Assembly: GCA_035380285.1 (NCBI GenBank)
Contig: DAOSXE010000001.1
Span: 150,659-182,658, forward strand
Length of the DNA: 32,000 nt
Direction: 5' to 3'
DNA from: a bacterium
GTDB lineage: Bacteria > Auribacterota > Erginobacteria > Erginobacterales > DAOSXE01
Part shown: one piece after another, positions 1 through 8,672 of the stretch
Layout of the letters: the number at the start of each line of letters is the position of its first letter
Position numbering within the stretch: position 1 is the stretch's first letter
The notes under the pieces: generated by a model
Told to the model about the DNA's origin: nothing
Seen by the model: the letters and a program-made list of their open reading frames with translations, nothing else
Database searches by the model: none
Position numbers and translations under genes: made by a program

Positions 1-1
1 C

Positions 2-1291
2 TGCGCCCTGGCGGCGGTCTGGCTCTCGTTGGGAATGGAAAAGATAGCCATCCGCGCCGCAGTCCGCGACCCCGCTTCTTCCGGACGGTATTTCGGGGCG
101 GTCTTCTGCCTGAGAATTCTGGCGTTTCCTTTCTACCTGGCGGTCATCCTCTCGGTCGGCCTGGTGATGGGATGGTCCGGCCGGCTGATCCCGGTCCTGG
201 CGGTGCTCGCGGGCGTTTATTTTCTCAATACTCTCGGAGAAGCGGGCGTGATCGCCTGGAGGTCCCGGGAGCGGATGTGGTATGAAGCCGCCGTCGGCGC
301 CGGCAAGGATCTGTTGCTTTTAGGCATGGTCCTACTGCTAACGGTCCGGGGGGCGGATCTGATCGAGTTTGCCGGGGGATACCTGGCGGTGGCTCTGGTC
401 TGGCTGGCGGGGACGTTGATCCTGATTTACCTGATCTTCTTTTCTCCCCGGCCCGTCTGGGATCTCCGCCTCTTCCGGTTCCTGGTCCTGTCGGGTTTTC
501 CGGTTGCCGTGGCCGTCTTCTGCAACGGATTTCAGGATCTCAGCCGGGTGCTGATCGAACATCTGCTCGGTCCCCGGGCGGCGGGTTATTTCGGGGCCGC
601 CGGACTGCCCCTGAAGGGGTTGGAAATTCTGGCCGTTTCCCTGATGGGGGCGATATTCCCGGGGTTAAGCCGGCAAGGGAGGGGGGGCGGGGACGATGCC
701 TTGGTATTGGCCGCCAAGGCGGGCAAACTGTTCTTCCTGGCCGGCTTGCCGTTCGTCTTTGTCTCGATGATGCTTTCTCCGCGGATCATGGGGGTGCTCT
801 TCGGGGAAGACTATCTTCCCGGCGCCGGGGTTTTGGCGGTTTTGGGGAGTTCCTCCCTGTTTCTCCTTCTTAACCATCTCTGCTACGGAATGATGGTGGC
901 TACCGGCCGCGAGCGCCTGTTCGCGGTGATCATGTTCGCGGCCGCCGCCGCCAATGCCCTTCTCGTCTGTATCCTGGTTTCCCTCTGGGGGATGATGGGG
1001 GGCGCTTGGGCGTTTTTTCTGGTACAAATGGCGGTGTTGGCGGCGTTTCTGCGCATTCTCGGGCCGCGGTTCCGACGGGCGGTGCTGCCCCGGGAGAGGG
1101 GACGGCTGTTGGCGGCTGCGGCCGCCGCCGCCGGGGTTGTCTGGGTTCTGAAACTCGCCGGTTTGGGCTTATGGGCGGCGGCGGGTGCGGGGACGGTCGT
1201 CTATCTGTCCGCGGCGGCGGTGTCGGGCGCGCTGGATAAGGAACTGCTGCGGGCGGCGGCTCTGGTGAGGAATCTGAAAGGAAAAAGATGA
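2..1291 (+). CDS. Polysaccharide/oligosaccharide flippase (MOP/Wzx-type multi-pass membrane protein), 5' end cut by window edge
   Basis: The reading frame is open back to nt 2, and the TTG at 29 is only the first start-like codon. The protein is almost entirely hydrophobic helices. Its C-terminal half (FGAAGLPLKGLEILAVSLMGAIFPGLSR...GMMGGAWAFFLVQ) is typical of Wzx/Polysacc_synt_C proteins. The stop overlaps the next start (ATGA at 1288-1291). Confidence 0.7.
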   Translation, partial: CALAAVWLSLGMEKIAIRAAVRDPASSGRYFGAVFCLRILAFPFYLAVILSVGLVMGWSGRLIPVLAVLAGVYFLNTLGEAGVIAWRSRERMWYEAAVGAGKDLLLLGMVLLLTVRGADLIEFAGGYLAVALVWLAGTLILIYLIFFSPRPVWDLRLFRFLVLSGFPVAVAVFCNGFQDLSRVLIEHLLGPRAAGYFGAAGLPLKGLEILAVSLMGAIFPGLSRQGRGGGDDALVLAAKAGKLFFLAGLPFVFVSMMLSPRIMGVLFGEDYLPGAGVLAVLGSSSLFLLLNHLCYGMMVATGRERLFAVIMFAAAAANALLVCILVSLWGMMGGAWAFFLVQMAVLAAFLRILGPRFRRAVLPRERGRLLAAAAAAAGVVWVLKLAGLGLWAAAGAGTVVYLSAAAVSGALDKELLRAAALVRNLKGKR

Positions 1292-2526
1292 AAACGGCGT
1301 TCGTGTTCTCCCAATTTCCCTGCTATGACGAGGCTTTCATGCTCCGGGAGATGGATTTTCTGCAGAAAGAGATCGAGTATATCATTCTTTCCATCAAGAA
1401 AGCTGACCGCGATCCCGTGGTTCACGCCGCCGGGGCCGCCCTGAAACAAAAGACCTGCTACAGTCGCCTGTTCTGGAGTCGACGGGTGCTGCTGGCCAAC
1501 CTGGCGGCTTTCATCGCTTCCCCGCTCCGTTACCTCAAGGCCTTGATCCTGGCGGTCCGGCTCGGGTTCCCCGACCCGGAATTCATGGGAAAGTCGCTGG
1601 CCCTGTTCCCCCAGGCCGTTTATTTCGCCGCTCTCTGCCGGACCCGGGAAATCGCGGCGGTTCACGGCCAGTGGGCGACCTATCCGGCGGTGACCGCCGC
1701 CGTCATCGCGGTCTTCAACGGAATCCCCTTCAGTTTCACCGGCCACGCTCACGATATCTATCTCAAAACGGCCGGCCTGAAGCTCAAAATGGAAATGGCC
1801 CGGTTCATCCTCACCTGTACCCGGGACAACGTCCGTCGTCTTCTCTCGGTGGCCCCGGCCCTGCCGTCCGATAAAATCAGAGTGGTCCACCATGGGGTGG
1901 ATTGCCGACGGTATCCTTTCCGCCCTCCCTCGTTTCACGCCGGGCGGGAATTCAGGATACTTTCGGTCGGGAGTCTTTTCGAATGCAAAGGCTTCGAGTA
2001 TCTGATCGACGCCTGCCGGATTCTGAACGAGAAGGGGGTCGATTTCCGCTGCCGCATCGTCGGCGGCGGCTATCTGGAAGAGAAATTAAAGGAACGCGCC
2101 CGGGCTGCGGCCGTGGGCGGGCTGGTCGAATTTACCGGTTATCAGAGCCAGGAGAAGATGCCTGAGCACTACCGCTGGGGAGACCTTTTCGTGCTCCCCG
2201 CCGTCACCAGAATCCACTGGGGAATTCCCAACGTCCTCATCGAAGCCCTGGCCAGCGGGGTGCCCGTGGCCTGTACCCCGCTGCCGTCGCTCCCGGAACT
2301 GATCGGAAACCCCGTCTGCGGATTCACGATTCCGGAGGGAGACGCCGGGGCCATCGCCGGCCTGGTCCGCCGGGTAGCGTCCGATCCCGGTGTTCTCGGC
2401 GAATACGCCCGCCGGGGCAGAAGAAAAATCGAAGAAGAGTGGGATATCGTCCGGACTTCGGCGATAATCGCCGGGTTGTTGAACGACACCGGCACAACGC
2501 ACAACCGGGGGCAAGATCATGGTTGA
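1288..2526 (+). CDS. GT4-family glycosyltransferase (WcaL-like)
   Basis: 412 aa. The N-terminus (MKTAFVFSQFPCYDEAFMLRE) and the HGQWATYPA...FTGHAHDIY region resemble WcaL-type GT4 enzymes. The C-terminal part carries the GT-B E-x7-E region (GIPNVLIEALASGVPVACT). Confidence 0.8.
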   Translation: MKTAFVFSQFPCYDEAFMLREMDFLQKEIEYIILSIKKADRDPVVHAAGAALKQKTCYSRLFWSRRVLLANLAAFIASPLRYLKALILAVRLGFPDPEFMGKSLALFPQAVYFAALCRTREIAAVHGQWATYPAVTAAVIAVFNGIPFSFTGHAHDIYLKTAGLKLKMEMARFILTCTRDNVRRLLSVAPALPSDKIRVVHHGVDCRRYPFRPPSFHAGREFRILSVGSLFECKGFEYLIDACRILNEKGVDFRCRIVGGGYLEEKLKERARAAAVGGLVEFTGYQSQEKMPEHYRWGDLFVLPAVTRIHWGIPNVLIEALASGVPVACTPLPSLPELIGNPVCGFTIPEGDAGAIAGLVRRVASDPGVLGEYARRGRRKIEEEWDIVRTSAIIAGLLNDTGTTHNRGQDHG

Positions 2527-3535
2527 AGTGGGAATTATCGGGATCGGAGGATGGGGGAAGAACCTTCTACGCACTTTTTACTCGCTGCCCGGGGTCCGCG
2601 TGGCCGCCGCCGCCGATCTGGTCGAGGAGAGGAGGGCGGACGCCGCCGAAAAATATCCGGGTTTGAACCTGATCGGCGACCATCGGGAGATCATGGGCGA
2701 CCCCGCGATCGAGGCGGTGGTGGTGGCCACTCCCGGAGCTACCCACCACCGGTTGGTGATGGAAGCGCTGGCGGCGGGGAAAGACGTTTACGTCGAAAAG
2801 CCGATGGCTCTTTCCGCTCAAGATTGCCGGGAGATCGTGGCCAAGGCCCAAGCGGAGGAAAGGATCGTGATGGTCGGTCATCTTCTTCTTTACCACCCCG
2901 CGGTCGTAAAGATGAAGGAAGAACTGGACGCGGGGAACTTGGGCGACCCGTACTACCTCTATGCCCAGCGGTTGAACCTGGGCAAGATCCGCCGCAGCGA
3001 AAACGCGTTGTGGACGTTCGCGCCGCACGACATCTCCGTCGCCCTCCACCTGATCGGGGCCGAACCGGTTTCGGTATCGGCCTGGGGGGAGTCGTACGTC
3101 CAGCCGGAAGTGGAGGACGTGGTTTTCGCGCGCATCGCCTTCCCGGGAAAGGTCATGGCCCATATCCACGTCAGCTGGCTCGATCCGCACAAAGTCCGCA
3201 AGATCACCCTGGTCGGGAGCCGGAAGATGATGGTTTTCGACGATATGGACAAGAACGCCCCCCTGAGGATATACGACAAGGGAGTGCCCGAAGACCTGGA
3301 ATACGACAGCTACGGGGAGTACCTGACGTTGCGTTACGGGGACGAATATGTGCCCGCCGTCAGGGCCGGGGAACCGCTGGGCCTGGAGTGCGCCCATTTC
3401 GTGGAATGCGTGCGGGAGCGGCGTTTCCCCCTGACCGACGGCCGCAACGGCTTGCGGGCGGTCCGGGTCCTGGAGGCGGCCCAGGAATCGCTCCGACGGG
3501 GGGGCAAGGTTATCGCGTTGAACGAGGAACGATGA
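2519..3535 (+). CDS. Gfo/Idh/MocA-family NAD-dependent sugar-nucleotide oxidoreductase (WbpB/WlbA-like 3-dehydrogenase)
   Basis: N-terminal Rossmann motif [12 protein letters not shown], an EKP motif (VYVEKPMA) and a Gfo/Idh/MocA C-terminal domain. It sits immediately upstream of a WbpD-like acetyltransferase, as in 2,3-diacetamido-sugar pathways. Confidence 0.75.
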   Translation: MVEVGIIGIGGWGKNLLRTFYSLPGVRVAAAADLVEERRADAAEKYPGLNLIGDHREIMGDPAIEAVVVATPGATHHRLVMEALAAGKDVYVEKPMALSAQDCREIVAKAQAEERIVMVGHLLLYHPAVVKMKEELDAGNLGDPYYLYAQRLNLGKIRRSENALWTFAPHDISVALHLIGAEPVSVSAWGESYVQPEVEDVVFARIAFPGKVMAHIHVSWLDPHKVRKITLVGSRKMMVFDDMDKNAPLRIYDKGVPEDLEYDSYGEYLTLRYGDEYVPAVRAGEPLGLECAHFVECVRERRFPLTDGRNGLRAVRVLEAAQESLRRGGKVIALNEER

Positions 3536-3536
3536 A

Positions 3537-4154
3537 ATGAAAAACGGCTTTTTCGTCCACGAATCGAGTTACGTGGATCCCGGGGCTTCCGTCGGGGAGG
3601 GGACCAAGGTCTGGCATTTCTGCCATGTCCTTCCCGGCGCGGTCATCGGGAAGAACTGTTCGCTGGGGCAGAACGTCAACGTCGGGGGAGCGGCCGTCGT
3701 CGGGGATCGGGTCAAGATCCAGAACAACGTGTCCATCTACGACAGCGTGGTGATCGAAGACGACGTGTTCTGCGGGCCGTCCATGGTGTTCACCAACGTG
3801 TTCAATCCCCGCAGCGAAGTGGTGCGCAAGCACGAATACCGCGGCACTCTGGTGAAAAAGGGAGCCTCGATCGGCGCCAACGCCACCATCGTCTGCGGAA
3901 CCACGATCGGAGCCTACGCCTTTGTCGGAGCGGGCGCCGTGGTCACCCGCGACGTCCCCGATTTCGCCCTGGCCTACGGAAACCCGGCCCGGGTTCGCGG
4001 TTGGATCTGCCGCTGCGGGATCAACCTCGATTTCGAGGGGGAATCGGCGGGCTGCGGGAACTGCGGCCGCCGCTACCGGCTGGAAGCCGGCCGGGTCAAC
4101 GAAGTCGGGAACCCGGAGGAAGAGAGCGCGGGCACGTGCGAATCGCCTATGTGA
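3537..4154 (+). CDS. Left-handed beta-helix (hexapeptide-repeat) sugar N-acetyltransferase, WbpD/WlbB-like, with C-terminal Cys4 zinc-ribbon-like tail
   Basis: [25 protein letters not shown]...[14 protein letters not shown]...[30 protein letters not shown] matches the WbpD/WlbB family pattern. The tail is WICRCG...CGNCG (CxC...CxxC). Confidence 0.8.
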   Translation: MKNGFFVHESSYVDPGASVGEGTKVWHFCHVLPGAVIGKNCSLGQNVNVGGAAVVGDRVKIQNNVSIYDSVVIEDDVFCGPSMVFTNVFNPRSEVVRKHEYRGTLVKKGASIGANATIVCGTTIGAYAFVGAGAVVTRDVPDFALAYGNPARVRGWICRCGINLDFEGESAGCGNCGRRYRLEAGRVNEVGNPEEESAGTCESPM

Positions 4155-5221
4155 TCGACAAGATGGTCCGGGCCGGCGCCCAGCGCCACCTGGCGCAGGT
4201 GATCCGGGGGATCGGGGACCGTGGCCACCAACCGATCCTGTGCTGCCTCCTCTATGCCGGACCTCTGGGTGAAGAGTTGGAGAAAGCAGGTGTGCCGGTT
4301 TCGGTGCTGGGCCTGAAAGGAGTGGTGGGAAGAGATTTTTTCCGGGCGGTGTCCGCTCTCCGCCGGCTCTGCGTCAGCGAGGATATCGATATTATCCACG
4401 CCTATCTCTTCGCGGCCAACATCGTCGCTCCCTGGGCGGGGCTGTTTTCCGGGAGGAGGGTGATCACCAGCCGCCGGGACGACGGTTTCTGGAAACGCCC
4501 CCGGCATATCATCGCCCATCGGCTGGGAAACGTCTTCACCTCCCGGGTGACCGCCAACTCCCGGTCCGTGGTCGAATACCTGCGCCTCCGGGAACACCTT
4601 CCCGGGAAGCGGATCAGTCTGATCTACAACGGCATCGACCCCCGGCCCCCCTCCGCTCCGCGTCCGGCCCGAAAAACGGTTCGGATCGGATGCCTGGGCA
4701 ACATCCGGCCGGTCAAAGGCTACGAAGATATGGTGAAAGCCCTGGCTCGGCTCGATCCGGGGCTCTCCTGGGAAGCGCACATCGCCGGACGCGATTTGGA
4801 GCGCGACCACGCCCTGTTTCTGAAAAACCTGGTCCGGGAAACGGGCCTGGAGAAAAGAGTCGTCTGGACGGGCGAGATCGACGAACCGTACGCCTTTCTC
4901 GAAAGTCTGGATATTTTCGTTCTCCCCTCCCGCTCCGAGGGTTTCTCCAACTCCCTCCTGGAAGCGATGAGCTGTGCGTGCCCGGTGGTCGCGACCGCGG
5001 TGGGAGCGAATGACGAAGTGATCCGCGCCGGCCGCGACGGCATCGTCGTCCCTCCCGCGGATCCCGCCGCGCTCGCCCGGGAACTGGAGAAGCTGGTCGT
5101 CTCCGCAACCCGGCGGGAAAGCTGGGGGCGGTCGGCGCGGCTGCGCGCCCGGGAGTTCTCGACCCGGAAGATGCTCGGGCAAATGGACGCGCTCTACCGT
5201 GAGGTGGGGGGGGGAAGATGA
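4136..5221 (+). CDS. GT4-family glycosyltransferase
   Basis: I chose the GTG at 4136 ([19 protein letters not shown]) as the start. The tracked ORF starts at 4001, but that part lies in an alternate frame of the upstream gene. E-x7-E region: [20 protein letters not shown]. The exact start is uncertain; an ATG at 4163 is also possible. Confidence 0.75.
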   Translation: MRIAYVIDKMVRAGAQRHLAQVIRGIGDRGHQPILCCLLYAGPLGEELEKAGVPVSVLGLKGVVGRDFFRAVSALRRLCVSEDIDIIHAYLFAANIVAPWAGLFSGRRVITSRRDDGFWKRPRHIIAHRLGNVFTSRVTANSRSVVEYLRLREHLPGKRISLIYNGIDPRPPSAPRPARKTVRIGCLGNIRPVKGYEDMVKALARLDPGLSWEAHIAGRDLERDHALFLKNLVRETGLEKRVVWTGEIDEPYAFLESLDIFVLPSRSEGFSNSLLEAMSCACPVVATAVGANDEVIRAGRDGIVVPPADPAALARELEKLVVSATRRESWGRSARLRAREFSTRKMLGQMDALYREVGGGR

Positions 5222-6045
5222 GCAGGCCGGCCCGTGCTATCCGTTCCGGGGCGTTTGCGGCCGGCGCGCTCCCCGCCGCCGCCGCCGCGATCTGGCGGGG
5301 ACGGGGGGTGCGGGTGCTTACCTATCACCGGATCGACGATCTCCCCGGAGACCGACTGGGGGTTAGTCCCGGTATTTTCAGAACCCATCTGAAGACGATT
5401 AGGGACCGGGGGTACCGGGTCGTTACCCTTGACGATCTTCTCGACGCTCCCGCCGCTGCTCGACCCCCCGATTCTCCCCGGCTGGTCATCACGTTCGACG
5501 ACGGCTACCGGGACTGGTATGATAACGCCTTCCCGATATTGCAGGAGTTTTCTTACCCGGGGGTATTTTTCCTGACCGTGGGGCTGGTGGACGGAAGCGC
5601 CGAAATTCCCCGTTATCGGACCTTGGCCGCCGAACGCCGCCGGGCGCTGACGCCGGGGCAGATCGCGGATATGGCCGGCGCGGGCATGCGCTTCGAGTCC
5701 CACGGCGTCACCCACCGGGAAATGCCTGCTTTGTCCCCCGGGGAGAGGAATGGCGAGTTGAAGGAAAGCGCGCGGAAGATCGCGGAATGGACGGGTCGAG
5801 CTCCCGGTTGGTTCGCTTTTCCCCGGGGCAAGTACGTCCCGGAGATGATCGGGGAACTGCGGGGCGCCGGTTATCGGGGTGCGGTGACGGTGGATCCCGG
5901 CAGCAACGTTCGGTTCCGCGGGTACCCGCTGGTGAGAAGAACCGAGATATCCGCCGACGACTCCCTTTGCGATTTCGGGTTCAAGCTCCGCGGAGGTGCC
6001 GATTTCATTCACCGGCTCCGGCGCGGCCGGGGAGAAGGAAGCTAG
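5218..6045 (+). CDS. Polysaccharide deacetylase (NodB homology domain, CE4)
   Basis: VLTYHRI, ITFDDGYRD (the Asp-Asp motif), HGVTHREM (H-x-x-x-H) and FAFPRGKY are all present, so the catalytic motifs look intact. The start overlaps the upstream stop (ATGA). Confidence 0.8.
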   Translation: MSRPARAIRSGAFAAGALPAAAAAIWRGRGVRVLTYHRIDDLPGDRLGVSPGIFRTHLKTIRDRGYRVVTLDDLLDAPAAARPPDSPRLVITFDDGYRDWYDNAFPILQEFSYPGVFFLTVGLVDGSAEIPRYRTLAAERRRALTPGQIADMAGAGMRFESHGVTHREMPALSPGERNGELKESARKIAEWTGRAPGWFAFPRGKYVPEMIGELRGAGYRGAVTVDPGSNVRFRGYPLVRRTEISADDSLCDFGFKLRGGADFIHRLRRGRGEGS

Positions 6046-6046
6046 G

Positions 6047-7228
6047 ATGGACCCCGTGCGGCCGGTCAGGATTCTGCATCTCATCGACAGCCTTCCCCGC
6101 GAAGGGGCGGAGATGCTGCTCTTCGATCTGATTCAAAGAAGCGATCGGAGCCTGCTGGATTTTTCGGTGTGCTCGCTCACGGGCGGGGGAGGGGTGGAGA
6201 AGATGCTGGCGGAGCTGGGAGTCGCCGTTCATCTGCTGGGTCGCCGTTCGCCCGGGGACGTGTCGGCTTTCCGGCGTCTGTGCCGGATTATCCGCTCCGG
6301 CGGGGTCGAGATCGTGCATACGCATATTTTTTCCAGCCATCTGTGGGGGGCGGCGGCGGGCCGCCGATGCGGGGCGAAGGTGATGAGGACCGAGCATAAT
6401 ATGTCCGCCTGGAAGCGGGGTTGGCGGGCGCGGGCCGACCGGGTCTTGGCCCGGATGACCGACCGGGCGATCGCGGTCTCGGAACCGGTGCGGACGTCGC
6501 TGATCGAGGTCAGCGGTTTCGCCCCCGACCGGGTGGTCACGATCGCCAACGGTCTTAATCTGCGCCGGATCGGGGCCATGGCCGGGGAGACGAAGATACG
6601 CCAGGAATTGGGGCTGAGCCCGGCAAGTCTCGTGGCGGGGACTTCGGCCGCGCTTACGCCCAAAAAAGGGCATCGCTACCTGCTGGATGCGGCGGCCCTT
6701 TTACGAGCCGATTTCCCCGGCCTCCATTTCCTCCTGCTCGGGGAAGGGGAACTGCGGGAAGAGATCGCGGAGGGAATCCGCGCCCGGAATCTGCAGGGCA
6801 CCGTGCATCTTCTCGGTTCGCGCCCCGACGCTCTCGAGATCGTCGCCGGTCTCGACGTCTTTGTGATGAGTTCCGTGAGGGAAGGCCTTTCCATCGCCCT
6901 CCTGGAAGCGATGGCATTGGAAAGGCCGGTGGTGGTGACGGCCGTGGGGGGCGCGGTGGATGTCATCGAGGACGGGGTTTCGGGGGTGCTCGTTCCCGAA
7001 CGGGACGCGCGGGCCCTGGCCGCGGGGATAACCTCGGTCCTTTCCTCCCCGGCCCGGTCGGTTCGGATGGGGCGGCGCGCCCGGACCGCCGTCGAGGAAC
7101 GGTTCGACTTCGACCGGATGGTCCGCAGGTACGAAGAGGAATACCTGCGCCTGGTCCGCCCCCCCGGGAAGCGGTTGCCGGAAGAGGTCGGCTCGGGTAC
7201 CATGGCTTCGGGAAAAATCGAGCGATGA
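6047..7228 (+). CDS. GT4-family glycosyltransferase
   Basis: ATG at 6047 preceded by GGAAGGAAG, 1 nt after the upstream TAG. N-terminus VRILHLIDSLPREGAEMLL. E-x7-E region REGLSIALLEAMALERPVVVT. It resembles the GT4 enzymes typically found in PEP-CTERM/EpsH-associated loci. Confidence 0.8.
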   Translation: MDPVRPVRILHLIDSLPREGAEMLLFDLIQRSDRSLLDFSVCSLTGGGGVEKMLAELGVAVHLLGRRSPGDVSAFRRLCRIIRSGGVEIVHTHIFSSHLWGAAAGRRCGAKVMRTEHNMSAWKRGWRARADRVLARMTDRAIAVSEPVRTSLIEVSGFAPDRVVTIANGLNLRRIGAMAGETKIRQELGLSPASLVAGTSAALTPKKGHRYLLDAAALLRADFPGLHFLLLGEGELREEIAEGIRARNLQGTVHLLGSRPDALEIVAGLDVFVMSSVREGLSIALLEAMALERPVVVTAVGGAVDVIEDGVSGVLVPERDARALAAGITSVLSSPARSVRMGRRARTAVEERFDFDRMVRRYEEEYLRLVRPPGKRLPEEVGSGTMASGKIER

Positions 7229-8340
7229 GCGTCTGGAATTACTTCAAATACGGCCGGCGGCTTTTCTATAAACGCAACGCTTCGCCGCTGTACCTGGTTT
7301 TTTTCGTTACCGAGCGCTGCAACGCCCGTTGCCGCCACTGTCTTCTGGGGGGAATCCATCCCGGTCGCGACGAACTTACCCTGGAAGAGATCGAGCGGGT
7401 TTCCCGCTCGATGGACGATTTTCTTTTTCTGCTCCCCACCGGGGGGGAGCCGTTTCTTCGTTCCGACCTTCCCGAGATCGTGGAGGTGTTCTACCGCAAC
7501 AACCATATCCAGAACGTAGGCATTCCCACCAACGGCGGTCTGACGGAGAAAGTGGTGGGGGCGGTGGAAGAGATCCTGCGCCGCTGTCCGGGGCTGGATT
7601 TGATGGTGGATGTCTCCATCGACGGAATCGGCCCCGATCACGACGAGATCCGCCGGGTGCCCGGGCTCTTCGAAAAAGCCATGGAGACCTTCCGGCGCCT
7701 GAAGGAGATCGACGCCGCGCACCCCCGGTTCACGGCCAGCATAGAAACCACGGTTTCTTCCTTCAACGACGATAAACTGGAAGACATGTTCCGCTATTTC
7801 ACCGAGAAAGCCGGAGCGCAATCCATATTCACGCTCCTCTGCCGGGGCAAACCCATGGAGCCGGCCGCCAAATTTTTCGACATCGAACGCTACACCCGTT
7901 ACGCCGAAGCCCTGGAAGCGGGGATGATGCGGCGACGGCTCACCGGGTACGATAAGTTCCCCTTCGCCGACCTGATCAACGCCAAACGGATCGTGCGCCA
8001 CCGCCTCATCGGCAGAATCATCCGCGAGAACAGGATGGTCCTTCCCTGCTACGCGGGGATACTGGGCGCCGCGCTCTTCGCCAACGGCGACGTGCTCCCC
8101 TGCGAGCTGCATTCGGATCTGACCATGGGAAACGTCAGGGAAGCAGGATACGATTTCAAGCGGATCTGGTTCGGCGCCGCCGCCGTCCGCGCCCGGGAAA
8201 CCATCAGGAAACAGAAGTGTTTCTGCACCTATGAGTGTTTTCTCACCCTCAACATCCTCTTCAATCCCCGCATGTATCCGCAGCTCATCAAGGAATATCT
8301 GAAGGTGAAGTGGGCGAAGCTGTTCGGGAGGCGGCAGTGA
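7225..8340 (+). CDS. Radical SAM enzyme with C-terminal SPASM/twitch-like auxiliary Cys cluster
   Basis: CxxxCxxC at ERCNARCRHC and a GGEP motif (PTGGEPFL). The C-terminus has C-x13-G-x4-C (PCYAGILGAALFANGDVLPC) followed by CFCTYEC. The start overlaps the upstream stop (ATGA). Confidence 0.8.
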   Translation: MSVWNYFKYGRRLFYKRNASPLYLVFFVTERCNARCRHCLLGGIHPGRDELTLEEIERVSRSMDDFLFLLPTGGEPFLRSDLPEIVEVFYRNNHIQNVGIPTNGGLTEKVVGAVEEILRRCPGLDLMVDVSIDGIGPDHDEIRRVPGLFEKAMETFRRLKEIDAAHPRFTASIETTVSSFNDDKLEDMFRYFTEKAGAQSIFTLLCRGKPMEPAAKFFDIERYTRYAEALEAGMMRRRLTGYDKFPFADLINAKRIVRHRLIGRIIRENRMVLPCYAGILGAALFANGDVLPCELHSDLTMGNVREAGYDFKRIWFGAAAVRARETIRKQKCFCTYECFLTLNILFNPRMYPQLIKEYLKVKWAKLFGRRQ

Positions 8341-8672
8341 GCGGACGAGCCAAACCGCCGAAGCTTCATTATGTCCGCCCCCGGCGCTGGATCAGCGTTT
8401 CGTCGCCTCGGGCGGACGATATCGGCAAAAGGCCCCAACTGACCCGAAACTACATCTTTCTGGTGGTGGGGCTGGCGATCGTCGCCGGCGCCCTGATCGG
8501 ATGGGGTATCGGGATCGGGATCAACCGGGCCGTGCACATCAACACCCGCCTGGAGCCCGTCGGCGGTGATTCAGCGAAACCCGCGTCCGGCGCTTTCAGC
8601 GCTTATTCGGAGGCGCCCGAAATCGAACTGTCCGCCGGCGAACTCTCGCCTTCGCTGAAGGCGGTGCGCTGA
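8337..8672 (+). CDS. Small single-pass membrane protein (111 aa), hypothetical
   Basis: GTG at 8337 overlaps the radical SAM stop (GTGA), with GGGAGG 5 nt upstream. The protein has a basic N-terminus and then a clear TM helix (NYIFLVVGLAIVAGALIGWGIGIGI). Third codon positions are strongly G/C, like the neighbouring genes. The last 70 nt overlap the convergent motB-like gene, which lowers confidence. Confidence 0.5.
   Translation: MSGRAKPPKLHYVRPRRWISVSSPRADDIGKRPQLTRNYIFLVVGLAIVAGALIGWGIGIGINRAVHINTRLEPVGGDSAKPASGAFSAYSEAPEIELSAGELSPSLKAVR

Noticed and set aside
6676-8112. Very long antisense or alternate-frame ORFs throughout the window. Examples are 6676-8112 (-), 27331-29100 (-), 30199-31518 (-), 24454-25719 (-), 15381-16661 (-), 21561-22676 (-), 4073-5182 (-), 10615-11802 (+), 12115-13197 (+), 13109-14143 (+), 19321-20625 (+) and 2551-3540 (+).
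   Set aside because: Their translations are Arg/Pro/Gly/His-rich low-complexity strings with no recognisable motifs. Each lies opposite or out of frame to an ORF with clear family signatures. Long shadow ORFs are expected in GC-rich DNA because stop codons are rare.
8337-8672. Small ORF after the radical SAM gene as a RiPP precursor peptide.
   Set aside because: At 111 aa with a central TM helix and no obvious leader/core organisation or Cys/Ser/Thr-rich core, it looks more like a membrane partner. The idea is kept only as a minor alternative in the findings.
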